This document shows, piece after piece, positions 20,901-34,039 of a stretch of DNA of 64,000 bases. The number at the start of each line of letters is the position of its first letter. The stretch's first letter is position 1. The translations under genes were made by a program, and so were the position numbers. Origin of the DNA: Guillardia theta CCMP2712 (taxonomy: Eukaryota > Protista > Cryptophyta); NCBI RefSeq assembly GCF_000315625.1, contig NW_005434662.1, positions 402,307 to 466,306 of the forward strand, given 5' to 3'. Under the pieces are notes generated by a model, which was given only the letters and a program-made list of their open reading frames with translations, searched no databases and was not told the origin of the DNA.

Positions 20901-23900
20901 CAAGAGAGGATGAGACCGCGGCTGCAAGCTCGATGGCGCTGTAGTTGCCGACTGGCACCGAAGCGCTGAAGGAGACGCGTGAGAAAAGAAAGAAGGTGGG
21001 GAGAATGAGTAGGGAAAGAAACATCCCCATTGCTTGCCTGCCTTTCCCGCACATGACAGAAGGAAGTTGATTTGGAAGGGGGTAAGAGTCTACCTGGCGA
21101 CGTAAGGGAGCCTTCGGAAAGTTTCCACGCCTCCATGCTTCATCCCCTCCAAGTTGATCTCGAGCTGCTCAAACCCTACGTCGATCCATCGATCCTCATC
21201 CAATACCTCCATCACAAGTCAGCCCCTTCATCCTCCTCCTTCTCCTCCTCCTCCTGCACCTCAATCCTCTCCTCCTGGCTGGAGTTGGAGCCACTGCCTC
21301 CATCCTCCAAGATCTCCACGTTGATCCTCATCGTCGAGGACCTCGGGCCTCCTCCTCCTGTGTTGCCGTTGTCGTCCACTATCACCGTTATAGTGTCGTT
21401 GCTTGTCCGCTGAGAGCTGGAGGAAGGAACGCTGGCCTCCAGCAGGTACGTCAGCGACGCCAGCGCCTTCTTCACGCTCCGCTCGTCCCCACTGAACCTC
21501 ATGGTCGTGTCCCGGTGCCCATCCCCCAGCAGGAAGTGGAGCCCCGAGCTGCGGTACCCCGGGGGGACCGGCAGAGAGTCGCGCTCCTCCGCCAGGATCC
21601 AGCGGCAGAGTAGGGAGGCTGGAGGATCGAGGAGGACAGACGCTCCTGTGGCCTCTTGGAAGCTGGTCACGGAGTACTTCAGCTTCTGGAACTTCAGGTC
21701 GTAGATCATATGCACATCCTGCCGTACACTCCCTGTCTCATATTCTACTCCTCCTCCTCCTTGTTGCCTCCAGTCCGGCCTGCCTCCGGAGTCGTAACCG
21801 GCCCCCTGTGCCCCGGCCCCAGGAGGGAGTGTAGACACCCATCGGCCTCCTCCATCCTGTCGCCAACCTGGTTTCTGTAGGTCGATACTCTGCTGGACTA
21901 CAAGGAACCACCTGCTGGGGGAGGAGACGGAGATAACCGCATGCCCGATGGTGGCGTTGTACTGCCCGAGGAGAGTCGCAGTCCGGTCGTAGGAGAAGAA
22001 TTGCTTCCTGGCGTACTTAAGGAAGTTCTCGTGGTCGAGGAGGAGAACATCGACGGGTCTGTCCGCCTCCACTCGGTACTGCAGCTCGAAATCACCTTCG
22101 GCGTCGAAGTGAGCATGGAAGGCGCTCCCAGCATGGATGAGGAATGAGCGGACGGGGCTGACGCTGCCGTCAGGATGCTCGCCGGCGATCGAGTTCCTCC
22201 TTACGAAGAAGCTCTCTCCGTACGGCCCTTGCACCCGGTACTCATCCGCAAACCCCCCGGGCAGGCTGCACAGCACGTCCCGAGTGAACGAGCCCCGCTC
22301 CTCCGCGCTCGTGATCTGCCGCCCCGAGATCCACTCCGCGTCCCCTTCCTCCCCCGCCTTCCCTGCTGCTGACGGGGGATGCGAGTCGAGCCATGATCCG
22401 AACCCATGCACCGACACCTTCCCCAGCAAGGAGGAGACAGTGACAGTCAGGTAGCCCTCGTACACGTCCTCGTCCTCCACATGCAGGCCGAAGATCGCAG
22501 TCTCGGTCCCCAGCGGCACTTTGCGGCTGGCAACGCTCCCAGAGTACGGCAGTACAGGCTCACTGAGGTACTCAGGCCAGAGGAAGAGGGAGGGAGGCTG
22601 GTTGTCCGGGCCGGGGAAGATGGAAATGTTGAGGAGAAGGTGATCAGTCTTGCTCCCTCCTGCTCCTGTGTTCCCCTGGTCATCCACATGGATGTTGATG
22701 GAGTCTTGCAGCTCTCCTGCTCCCCCGAGGTCAGATGGAGCTTGATACTTGAGCTCCGACAATGCAGCCTGTGGGGAGGAAGAAGTTAGCAGGAGCGCCG
22801 AAAAGGCACAGGGAGGGAGCGAGCAAGTATAGGATGAGATGGATAGGAAGGGAGGAGATCGGGAAGCGGGTGTGGGCCAGAGGTGAGAGAGACAGACGAT
22901 CTCACAACAGAGGAAGGAGAGGAAAGGAGGACGGAGCAACGGATAATAGAGACAAGATTACCTGGACGACGTCGAGCTTCCCTTGTACCAAGATTCGTTT
23001 CCCTCTGAGCGTGGAGGTCTGGAGGGGACTTGACTGATTCACCTGCAAGGATCCGAAGGAGGGGTAAAGACTGTTGACCACCGAGCGAGGGTCCACGTTG
23101 TAGAAGAAAGTCCCGGCCTATGGGCAAAAAGCCTTCAGCAAAAAGTAGAAAATCGCTCTTCAAGAGTACCAGGGCTGAGAGCCTCGGGAGGCTCGGGAGG
23201 GAGATAAAGCCGTGCGAGCAGTTGAGCTCGACGAGGATGGAGTTATTCATGACATCCGGATCTCTCACTGTGATACCCGCGAGCCTGACCGTCCTCCCGG
23301 ACTCGAGGAGGAGGTAGTACACTTTCTGCTTCCTGATGCTCACAAAGATCTGAAAGACGATCAGTCAGCAAGAATGTGGGCAGACAGCCAAGATGATCAG
23401 CTAGAAGCGCAAGACCAGGTGGTTGAAGAGAAGGAGACAGCACAGCATCGCATTCTACATCTTATCGTCTCCGAGAATGTTCAGAGACTCTCGCTTACCT
23501 CTCCGACTACACTCTCCATGCTGACTGGGCTGACGAGCGGGAAGGAGGTAGCCAGGGTAAAATTCACGGCAGGAATCTGGAAGTTGACAAACCCCAGCTC
23601 CTGTGGGGGCAATCCGGAGAAGTACGGCAACTGAGAGGGCGACCGGCCGTCCGCGTGCCATACCCGGAGCTGAATCCACTGACTGTCCTCTTGCAATGGG
23701 AAGAAGACGAACGTCTGGTTCCACACTGGGCTGGAGGTTCCAGGTACGATGCTCGTTTGCTCCATGGCTGAGTTGACCTTCACCTCTACGTAGGGGTTCG
23801 CAGCTCGGCGGTCGTTCAGACCTGCGGCAACGGATCAGCATCAAGGATCTGCTCTTGTGGGGTGAGGCAGGTTCGCGCAGCGAGTCATTATCACAGTTTC

Positions 23901-24756
23901 CTCCCAACCCCACCAGAGAGAAGGAGGACGAGGACGAGGATGAGCACGAGGACGAGGATGAGCACGAGGACGAGCACGAGGACGAGGAGGAAGAGCGGGG
24001 GGCGAAGTTACCTCCAGGCATCTGACCAAGGATCGACGAAGGCGGGGTATCGAGCTTCCCCGGGAGGAGAGTCAGGTTCCTTGCCTCCACCACCTCAATT
24101 TCGACGCGATCGACAAGCTGAGGATGAGCAACGCTGGCCTCCCAGGGGAGCGACTGACGGTCGCGATCTGCGCGATCCATGGTGCTGGATATTGCGATGA
24201 CAGGGCCAACGTTGACTGGTGCTGACAGCCGAGGGTTCAAGTGATACTTTTCTAGGAGAGAGTGCAAGGCTCCAACTTGAAACATGAAACGGATCTTTGG
24301 TGCATCTCCGATGTACCGGTTGAGGAGGAAGACGTATGGTTCTACAACGTTGGAAGCAACTTCGTTCAACGCTCCCTTCAAGACCCCATTTCTTCCCAAG
24401 AGCGGCGCGGTGCCCCCCATCTGCATGGAGGAGGTTTGATAGTTGATTCCTGTCACGGGAATGTCCATAGAGCTGAAGAGCTGGTAGATGTCTGTGCAGC
24501 GAGGACAGTGGTCAGCATGAAACAGCATCACCACATATCCCTGCTCCTGCTTGCTTGAAGTGAGGTCGTACAGCACTCGTCTGCTCTCGGCATGCTCGAT
24601 TTCGTACGACAGATAAGGCCACTGCCACCATTCTTCCGTTGCTATCGATGTCGATGATGTATCGTTTTCGCCAACTTGTACATACTCCGTGATAACATAC
24701 GCTTCAGCAGCCCTGCAAAGGAGGAGCAGGAGAACGAGTGTCAAACATGGACGCAT
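17903..24756 (-). CDS. Large secreted multi-exon protein: signal peptide, thioredoxin-like CxxC, C2 domain, three bacterial-type cadherin/Ig-like repeats
   Basis: MRPCLTLVLLLLLCRAAEA signal; VVMLFHADHCPRC; C2-like QTSIVPGTSSPVWNQTFVF...IQLRVWHAD; repeats with G.xV.D.D ... AL..L.Y ... D.I.I.VDD.GN(T)G at ~23300-22600, ~22500-21310 and ~19140-18530. Could be more than one gene. Confidence 0.65.
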
Positions 24757-24954
24757 CGAGAGTCACTCAGCCGACACGCTGGGGAGATTTGCAAGTCTTC
24801 ATCAAGTCATCGTCTTCATCTTCTCTCTTCCTCGTTCTTCTCGCTCGATCGTCAGCGGACGCTTGCCATTCTTATCCGTTAAAACGCCATTGTGGGAGCT
24901 CCATCGGGCAGGATGGTGTGGGAGCAAACTTGGGAACTTTGAAACTTTGAAACT

Positions 24955-25130
24955 TCCGACGGCGCCCGGCCCGGCCGGGCCCGTCGCGCCGCCGCCGGCT
25001 ACCCGGCGGCGCCGCCTGGCCGCTCACGGTACTGGCCCCGCCACTTGACTCGGCTGTGACGGCCCGGCGGTGAGCCGCCTTTACTTAAGTTACTTAACTT
25101 TGAGTAAAGTTACCCTACCTGCCGGACTCG
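24955..25130. promoter_or_regulatory. CCGG island plus ACTTAACTTTGAGTAAAG motif between divergent genes
   Basis: Motif at 25092-25109, between ATG 24756(-) and ATG 25233(+). Confidence 0.5.
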
Positions 25131-25232
25131 GGACACCAAACTTTTTTAGTTACGGGTAAAGTTTTAGAAGTTTGGCTGAGGCTTCCCAAGTTCCAAACTT
25201 AACTACTTTTTGACACTTGAAAGCCTCGGCCC

Positions 25233-26273
25233 ATGGCGAAAGACGACCAAGCGATCGCGGCGATACAAGATGCCGGAAAGACGGTGAGCGGCTGAAGATG
25301 ACCAGCGACTTAAGAAGAGAGCGGGGAATGCATTGATGAAATCAAGTGAAAGAGAGAAAATTGAGAACAAGTGGAAGGGAAGCGATCGAGCTTGATCGTT
25401 GGATGGAGGGAACTATCTAGTACATCTGAACACTGAGCACCTGTTTGTTACAGTTGTGGGAGATCCTCGACGCAGTCATTTCAGCCCCGGGAATGGCAGC
25501 AACCGGGTTCAACAAGTACGACCACTCTGACCATCCTCTCATATCTGATGAGTCGCCAACTCCCTGCTGACCACCATGAACGCAGGGGTGTTCAAGCTGT
25601 CCCTCTCCCCGGTCATGGGGCAAAGTTGCCGAACCCCTGCTTGGAGGCAGCGAAGCTCTTGTCTGATCACATCGACGAACTTCCTAAGAGTGGTATCTCA
25701 ATGCCCAACTCACGTCCACATGGCGGGATGAATTTCGTTGACAGGCTTTGTGCAAGTGATAGCGAGCGATGGGGACGAGAGGAAAGGTGAGCATCAAGAT
25801 GGTGAGGCATCGATCGGAGGTGAAGTTTGAGTCCTCCAGGCTCCATCAGCAGCCAGGGATCTCGCAGGTTGAGCAAATCGATCAAGGAGCTCATCGAGCA
25901 GACCGATGCTGTCATTGCAAGCTCCAAGACTCCAATGTATGTAGACCGCAAATCCAACTCATCAACCGAGAAAGGCAAAGCAACAGAGGAGGAGAAGAAC
26001 GAGCTGTTGAGCAAGGTTATGAAGAAGATCCAGGATAAGACCGAGAAGAGCAAGGATGTCGCTGAAGACATGGGCCTCCAAGAGCTGATTGACAAGACCC
26101 CTCTTGCGCTGCTATTGCCCAAGCCTCCAAAGGAGGAAAGCAAACCTGACATTGCAACCGAGGCACTGGCCGAGCAAGCAAGACGGTCGACTGGTCTACA
26201 GGCCAAGCTGAAAGGAATCGTGCAGGGAGTGAGAGAGCGCGCGGGTTCTGAGGAGAAGGAAAGTACGATATAA
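25233..26273 (+). CDS. Multi-exon uncharacterised protein with Lys/Glu-rich coiled-coil C-terminus
   Basis: MAKDDQAIAAIQDAGKT | LWEILDAVISAPG... | SISSQGSRRLSKSIKELIEQTD... ending TAA 26273; canonical splice sites. Confidence 0.55.
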
Positions 26274-26399
26274 CACACCAAGATACTCCTGGAAAACTGC
26301 ATGCATGCCGGGAACTTTATGATGCACAAGAAGATAAATTATGCTACATCTGTGTTGGCCGGTTGTGACGAAAGCCTTTCCATCTCTCCAAAATCTCGA

Positions 26400-28000
26400 C
26401 AGTGATTGTCCAGCTCTTTTCAGTGATAGATCCGGAAAAGAACAATCAGGGTTGCAAGGTATCTGCCAGGGAAATTCAATGCTACTCATCTCAACCGAGT
26501 TCGATCAAAGTCTTACAGAGTGATGGAAGGAAGAATCTCTGCCGCTCCTGACTTCCCTGTGGCAATCTACGGAACATCCCGTCAGGTCCTGCGGAAGCAG
26601 GAAGGTACAGTAGGGACACTCGCCTGGTAGAGCTGCTTGCTAGCGCACTTCTCCGAATGCACTCCAAAGCAAAGATCGTCGCACTCCTGCCATGGCGAGT
26701 CAAAAGCTTCAGGTGGTTCGGAGGGCCTGAACCTGCGACAGCATGAAGAGGCAGTCCTTAGAGAGCAGCGACTTGCACTCCCTGTGGCAGTCGAAGAGGG
26801 GAGTGTAGGTCTGAACATACTGCACGCAAGTTGCGTCGGAGACTTTCACCTTGACCGTATCATTCCTTCCCTGGTCGACCTGTGCGAGACATGAGCATCG
26901 TCGGCAGCATGAGGGCGGGGAGGAAGCGAGACGTTCTTGCCTTCATCGTATCCTTCACTCCGTTCAGGAACGTCACACTGTTCGGTTGCGATTCAGCGCG
27001 GCATTGCAGAGGCAGGACACACTCACGTAGTTGCCTTGCCATGCTTGTGCGACTCATCCGCAAAGTCGTTCAGAGTCTGAGTCGTTAGCGGGTCGTCAGG
27101 AGACCCATACTGCACATCCATGAACCGTCATCACGCTGGCACCCCAGCAACAGGACGGGCACTATCACCTTGTTGCACAGCCCCACGTGGCAGCATTTGG
27201 GGAAGTTCCGGAGACAGAGAAACTGCACGCATGTCATCGTCGTCGTCCCTTGGGCTCAGCATGGCCGCACTCACCTGACGGAAGTTGGCCCGGCACTGGT
27301 GGATGACCGGGAGTTCAAAATGCTTCTCCGAGATCCGCATGTGCGGAACGATCTTCTTGAAGACCGCGTGCGAGTCGAAGTCCAGCTGGGCAAACGTTTG
27401 GTCCACCGAGGGCCTGTAGACGGGGTAGTTGACGTTCTGACAGAACCTCATGGCTGGTGGGACTGAGCACACGGGGGGGGATTGGGGCAGTTTCGGCAGC
27501 CCGACCTTGTTCGCCAGAGCATTAGCTTCCTTAACACTCTGCTTGCGACCTGATCTTGCACGAGACTGGGCCAGCTTGTGGTGAGCATGTCGGACAGCCG
27601 CTGCATGCACTGCCGCATGCGCCGACAAATGCAGCTCGCTATCCTCCTGCTCCCTGTCAGCCCAGGACATCAAGTGGCGCTGGCTCTCGTGTTCCTCCAA
27701 GATTTTCTCGTCAGAATGATCCAAGGAAAGATCACTATCTATCCATCTGTCGTCATCAAGAAGTCCTTCCTTGCCCGCAGCATCCTTGAGCTGAGCGTTG
27801 CCTACATCATCTGCCAGCACGTGTGAGGGAAAATCGAGCAGAAGACAGGCTGAGTACCTCCCAGCGTGTTCACTGCAAGGAATAGCAGAACAGCAGACAA
27901 AACCATCCGAGACACCATGCTCGCCCGTAGACTCAACGAGCTTGAGAGATCGGACGTGACCCGTTGGCTTTTTCACTCAGTGAGTGACGTCAACTTTCGA
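26400..28000 (-). CDS. Multi-exon Cys-rich protein with Frizzled-like cysteine-rich domain
   Basis: CSVPPAMRFCQNVNYPVY...QCRANFRQ | FLCLRNFPKCC...; later exons DCHRECKSLL..DC and CQECDDLC. Ends approximate. Confidence 0.5.
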
Positions 28001-28763
28001 CCCTTCGCTATCCTGTATCTTAGAGGACACGAAGGCGCTTAGTTTCCTGCTCCTCGTCGTACTGTCTTTGTCGTCGTCCTACTCTCTTACTTCTCTGCTT
28101 CTCCTTCTCCTCCAGCTCCTCGCTCTCTCGCTCTCTCTCCCTCTCACTTCTACCCTCCTATGCCTGACACATCAGCATCACTTTATCCCCGCCCTCCCTT
28201 CCTTGACTACCCTACCCCCTCAATGAGTACTCAATCAACTAATTTGCACCGGTAGTTTCAGGTAGTGTTGGACCCCTAAGTTCTACTCACCAGTCGGGCA
28301 AGATGATGCTGGAAGCCGGGAAGGCGATGGATGGCGGGGGGAGGGGGAGCGAGGAGCGAGGAGATCAGCGATGGGTGTGATGAAGCTGAGGAGGACGTAG
28401 AAGGAGATGCTTGGAGCTGTCTGGCGGGATCTGGTCAAGAAGCATCTTGAGATTGAGCAGGGCACGTGTGATCGATGATCCATCCTTGTCGACCCGCCAG
28501 GGGGACTGGGGGGAGATAGAAAGGAGGGTAGAGGAGAAGGAGAGAGTGACCTCATAGGTGAGGTAGGATCAGTCAAGCAGACAAAGATGGTGGGTCCAAG
28601 AACGAAATAGATGCCGCGAGCACACGAGGAGGAGAGGGCGCAAACGCCAGGGACGAGCGGTTGGTGGTGTTGAAACTATGCGATAAATCTCTTCAAGACA
28701 TAGACGACCTCTGACATGTGTTCTTTCAAAGCCTATCCGTCATCTCCAGTGCTTCAGCATAGA

Positions 28764-29266
28764 ATGAGCGCGGCAAAGCGATCATACTCGGGGCTACAGA
28801 AGCAGGTCTTAGGTTTGTATCGAGAGTGCTTGAGAGTCGCGCGAACAAAGTCGGATGACATGAGGGTCGGATCTCTCTCTTCTTCCTTTCCCTTCCCCTC
28901 TCTTCCCCTTCCACTCTCTTTCTCCATTCCCTCTCTTTCTCCATTCCCTGCCTCCCTTCGTTTCTTCATGCAATCCTCCTGCCAACACTATCCCTACCCC
29001 CTTGCCCCTCTCCCTCGAGCACGCTTTTAACAAACCTCGTTCATCTTGACCTCACATCTCACACAGGCCAACGTTACCAACATCGCGCGGGAAGAGTTCA
29101 AGAGCAAGAAAGGAATCCCTAAGAACGAGATAGAGTGAGTTCTCCGGCCTTTCTTTCCACCCTTTGATCAAGCTCGAGCAGGAGGATCGAATATCTGCTA
29201 CGAAAAGGAAGGAAACAGCTTGATAGGATTAGATCGTCAAACGTCGACGGGGTCAGTCGCTCATAG
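28764..29266 (+). CDS. SDHAF1: LYR-motif protein, succinate dehydrogenase assembly factor 1-like
   Basis: 3 exons: MSAAKRSYSGLQKQVLGLYRECLRVARTK.. | ANVTNIAREEFKSKKGIPKNEIE | RIEYLLRKGRKQLDRIRSSNVDGVSRS*; SGLQKQVL.LYR and IEYLLRKG..QL are SDHAF1 hallmarks. Confidence 0.85.
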
Positions 29267-29319
29267 CGCTCAGTCTTTGTAGATTTATGAAGGAGGCATT
29301 TACAACGTGCATGTACATT

Positions 29320-31205
29320 TGCGGCTAACAAGATAGTTTCAAGTACTCCTCCCATGATGTCGAACTGCCATCAACGATGATAGAATCTTTTGTTTGTCAA
29401 AAGAAAACAAGGTTAGCCCCTTCCATAACCATGAAAGTAAGATCAACCTATCAGAGGAGGAGCAGCCACCGGCTCCGGGACGATGGTGAAGACTTTCAGG
29501 GTTCGGTCTGGGCGAATATCTCAGAACAACACAGCAGTGCATATTGAGATAGGGGGTGACCTGAGAGGTAGTCGGGATAGGTTCCATCCGTGAACAGCGT
29601 CACCAGCGCCTCTCCAGCCTGCGGCATCGGAGAGAGAGCACTTAGCAAGACCAGACAAGAGTATGGCAGATGAGGGACCTTGACATGATCCCCGACCTTG
29701 AAGTGAAAGACAAGTCCGGCCTTGAAGTCGATCTTGCTGTCCAGGGTCTCCCGCCCTCCTCCCAGCTTGTTGTTGATCAACCCAACCTCGAACGCATCGA
29801 TAGCCTTTATCCATCCATCATGGTCGCTGAGAACAGCAAGAGAGTGTTTCTGAAACACATTAGGTCAGGAGTGTGCGGGACCAACAAGAAAGCTGCCACA
29901 CAGGCTTTGGATACGATTCTGGAGCGTCGATGTACATCGACGAGCCTCCCTGAGCCTCTATCATCTGTTTGAACTTCTGCAAACCTTCTCCGTTCTCAAT
30001 CTTCAATTCTGGGAGGTAGAGAATCAACGATACAAGGAGAAGAACGTGATATATACCGGCCATAGCTCTCCCTTCCTGATACGTCTTGACCCTCCCGGCC
30101 AACAGCAGCATCAACGCGCATTGTACGATGACCAGCTCGCGCACATCACTTGGACCCTTCAGGTGAGGAAGTTAATGCCTCATTTCTCTCCTCTCCAAAT
30201 TTCACGCCCTCCTCTTCTCTTTCCACTTCCTGACCCCGACTCGCCCACCTAACCCCCATCTACCACTCCTCCTCCTCCCCTCAATCCTCCAAACATCTCA
30301 CTCCTTGTTCACACCTTGCCATTGAGAATGTCAATCGATTCTCGCATCTCGAGCCAGTTTCCAACTGTGTTCCCTAGAGGCTGATCCATGTTCGTTATGA
30401 TGGCCATGGCGTTCCTTCCTGCAGCCTGCGACAAGTCAGAGATGTCCAACAGCTAGAAACAGAGCACAAGGCGTACTTTTCCAGCAGACACCAAAGTCTC
30501 AGCTAGTCTCTTCGTCGCCTCCATGTCCTGCAGGAACGCTCCTTTGCCGGCTTTGACGTCAAGCAGGAGCGAGTCAGTGCCTTCAGACAGCTTCTTGGAC
30601 ATGATAGAGGAAGCGATCAGAGGCAGGCTGGATGTCGTTCCTGTGACGTCACGAAGACTGTACACCCTCTTGTCGACGGGAGCAATGTCTGCGTTGGCGC
30701 CCGTGATCACTACGTGTATCTTGCTCAGTTGATCGTAAACTTCCTGCGTGCTCAGCGAAGTCTTGAGGTTCGGGATCGACTCCAGCTTGTCTAGGGTTCC
30801 TCCGGTGTGGCCCAACCCTCGCCCGCTGATCATGGGGACTGCTACTCCGCACGATGCAACCAAAGGAGCTAGAGGGATGGAAATTTTGTCCCCGACTCCC
30901 CCAGTGGAGTGCTTGTCTGCTGTGTGCATCCCAAGAAAGCTGAGGTCAGACACCTTTCCTGTGTCCATGAAAGCCATTGTCAGGTGGAAAATTTCTTCTG
31001 ATGTCATTCCTTTGAGATAGATAGCCATGAGCAGCGCGGTCATCTGATAGTCTGGGATCTTGCTCTGGTGGAATTCGAACACAAAGAACCTGATTTCCTC
31101 TTCGGTCAACACGTGCCCATCCCTCTTCTTCATGATTAGCTCCACGGCCGAGAAAACCTTCTCTTGATCATGCAATGAGCCGTTCATCGTCCCGTTTTCT
31201 CGCAT
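29320..31205 (-). CDS. TYMP: Thymidine / pyrimidine-nucleoside phosphorylase, multi-exon
   Basis: [77 protein letters not shown] motifs; 3' end approximate. Confidence 0.93.
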
Positions 31206-31454
31206 CCCCACACTGCCACGCTCCTTCAATCTCGTTGCGTTCCTTCCGCGGTATCAGTATCAGTATCAGTATCAGCCTCAACTTGGGTCTTGATCTCAGT
31301 CTGCAAGTGTCTCTTTCTTCAACCTTCCTCTCGCTCTCTTTCCTGCTCGTTTGTCTGCCGCTCTGTTCGCGCTACCTCGACCTCGTTTCCTCCAATCTCT
31401 CAGATTTCCTCCTGCCGCCTCCTCCCCTCCCATCACTCTGCGTACTTTCATGTT

Positions 31455-32230
31455 GGGTGAGACGGGGTAGGGTTATACTACCCACCCCTACTAAAACTCT
31501 TTAGATGCAGTAAATACACCCCGTAGGTTTCCTCAGCCCCCTTTCGGCCCCCATCCCCCTATACTACCTCCAGCAGTACCAGGAGCAGTACCCCACTCTT
31601 CTACTGTGAAAGCTACCCTACCCACATACATTCCCCTTCTACCCCACCCTTCTACCACAAACCACCTACCTTCTTGACTCATAACCCCACTGGTTTGTAC
31701 GGAAAAGCACCCCCTTGCCGGACCGCAATAATACCCTACCCTGGTCTCACCTGACGAAATTCAGTGAAATGCACCGGTGATTTCCCCTCGCATCAAAGTA
31801 CCCCTGTTGAAATGCTAAATCTTGTGTCTGAAATGGAGGGTGGGTGAGAAGGAAATATGACCTCCATCCTGGAAAGGCATGCTGGGGTAGGTGAGTCATG
31901 GATGGACCCCTATTCGAGTTAAGACCCTTGACCCTACCCCAGCAAAGAGGGCCTGTTCGAGGAAGATTGGGGGTAGCAGTAGGAAGTTATGTTCATAGGG
32001 GTGGGTGATACCAAGAGTGTTCCTCTTGGATGAGGTTGCGCTAGAACCAGGATATTGATAGGGTGCATCAGTGGTCGGGGGGTGGGGGTAGTTCCAGAGA
32101 GGGAACGGGTATGTCTGTCATGTTTGGAAGGGGTTTCCAATGATAAAACGATGGTGTCGTAAGTTTAGGGTAGGGGTCGTAGAACAAGAGTGTAGGGTGG
32201 TTGGGGTAGGTTGTGATGGAAACTGGTTGC
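31455..32230. repeat. TACCCC/GGGGTA island with strand switch
   Basis: TACCC-rich 31478-31805 then GGGTAG/GGGGT-rich 31835-32210, between divergent genes. Confidence 0.7.
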
Positions 32231-32433
32231 AAGCTTTGTAAATACCTCGGACGAAAGCGACAAAAAGGAGAAATGCGCAGAAGCAGGAGAGGCAACATGA
32301 AGAGAATATGAGCGCGAACCAAAAAATATGATTTCGAAGTAGAACTCAAGTGAAGACAGCTCATTCGTCCTTGCGATTGCGTGCATGCATATGTGCTTTA
32401 AACAGGAATTGATGGTACGTTTTGTTTGGCTAG

Positions 32434-33660
32434 ATGGCCAAGATCGATACGATATGGCGCAAGATATCATATTTGCATTCTCATCATGACAGATTGTTTC
32501 TGCACAAAGTATGGTATCTTCTCCTAAAGCCCATGGAAGATTAACGATTCCCGAAGGGGCTTGGTGTGGTGGCACTTTTGCACTACATGTATCGTTTCTA
32601 CTCTCTCGTCACGAAGGGTCTGCTACCTTGACACTCTCTCCATACTAATAGACTTCAGGATCCATGGGTTTTAAGACCTTTCCTGACACTTTCACTCTAC
32701 TCGCCATCTTGCTCCATAGCGGTATGAGTGATAGTTTGGAATGGCATATTGGCTGACTTCTGCAAAAGCGCTCTCGCTTTCAGCGTTGATTTTCAAGACT
32801 CCAATTCGTCGAACTTCTTCTCAGCCTATGTGATGCCTTGAACAACACATAGCAAGTGACTGACACCCTACAGGATGTGGAAGGAGTTCCAGCTTCACAG
32901 CATCACTTTCGCAATGCGATCCCTAGGTGTGATGATGCTGATATACTTGGGGCTTCATCGCTTCAGAGCTGTCGTCGTTATCACCTGTCATTATGTAGCC
33001 GACCAAATCACCAAGCGTTACAAGCAGGTCTTCACTGTCCCTCCTGTTTACGAGCTCACTCTGACCGTTCAGGGAACTACCATGAGGGATATGCCACTGC
33101 CAGAGATTCTTGTACCATACTCAAGAGAGATGAACCTGTTCTACTCTACCAGTCAACTGTTCGCTGTTGTGGGTGTCTTAGTCCTGGGTATTGAGGAAGT
33201 CTTCCTCATCTTATTCCCGATTCAGTTCGCTGCATTCCTTCTCACTCTGGTGAGGATCAGAGGTAATCCGAGTACCTCTAAGAAACCTTATTCTGGTTGT
33301 TGTTAGGTTCGCAAAAACATCATCGGCCCTTTCGGTAAGATATCAGATTACTCATCGAATATGCTGCTGGACATTTCTAACAAATTCATTCCAGGCTGGC
33401 ACGCTATGTACACATGGAGCCTGATACTTCCATATCTTTACCTCGCCTTTTTCTTGCCGGTTTGAGTTGTCGGGGTAACACACTTGTTCATAACAAAGCC
33501 ACAGGTACCAAGAGTTGCCGAGCTTCTTTGTATCGGAATTACTGCCGCGCTACTGCGATTCAAGTAAGTGATGACTTTTGGCGAGCATACCCGATAACTG
33601 AGCCTTACTTTGCATAGGTTCCGATGCAGCAAATACATGATCTGTATGAATTTATCATGA
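32434..33660 (+). CDS. Conserved uncharacterised multi-pass membrane protein with His-containing motifs
   Basis: Exons MAKIDTIWRKISYLHSHHDRLFLHK | GLGVVALLHYMYR ... LSLSALIFKTPIRRTSSQPM | MWKEFQLHSITFAMRS.. | GTTMRDMP..FYSTSQ..LFPIQFAAFLLTL | VRKNIIGPF | GWHAMYTWSL; 3' end approximate. Confidence 0.7.
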
Positions 33661-34039
33661 TGAGATATTGCGGGGTTTCTGACTGTCTCTAAAGGGATAC
33701 CTTTATCAACATGTTTGTATTTCATGCCATCTAGGATCGAGGAGGATGGAAGGAGCACAAGCCGCTGGTCTTCCGCGATTTCTTTGGTAGGAATTGGATC
33801 AGTCCGCTCTGGGATGCTTATCGATTTCTAAGTTCTCGATCAGGAGCAATCAAACTTCAGATCCTTCACACTGCAAGCAGAGGCGAACAGTTCGGCAGGT
33901 AGGAATCGTTTTGGAACTGGCTGTGCCTCAGGAATGATCAACTGATCCCTTCAATGCAGATATTGGTGACAAGCAAAAGGATCCGTTTATGCTTTCATTT
34001 CTTACATCCATGATAAAATCGTAAGAAAGGTCTCAGTCT

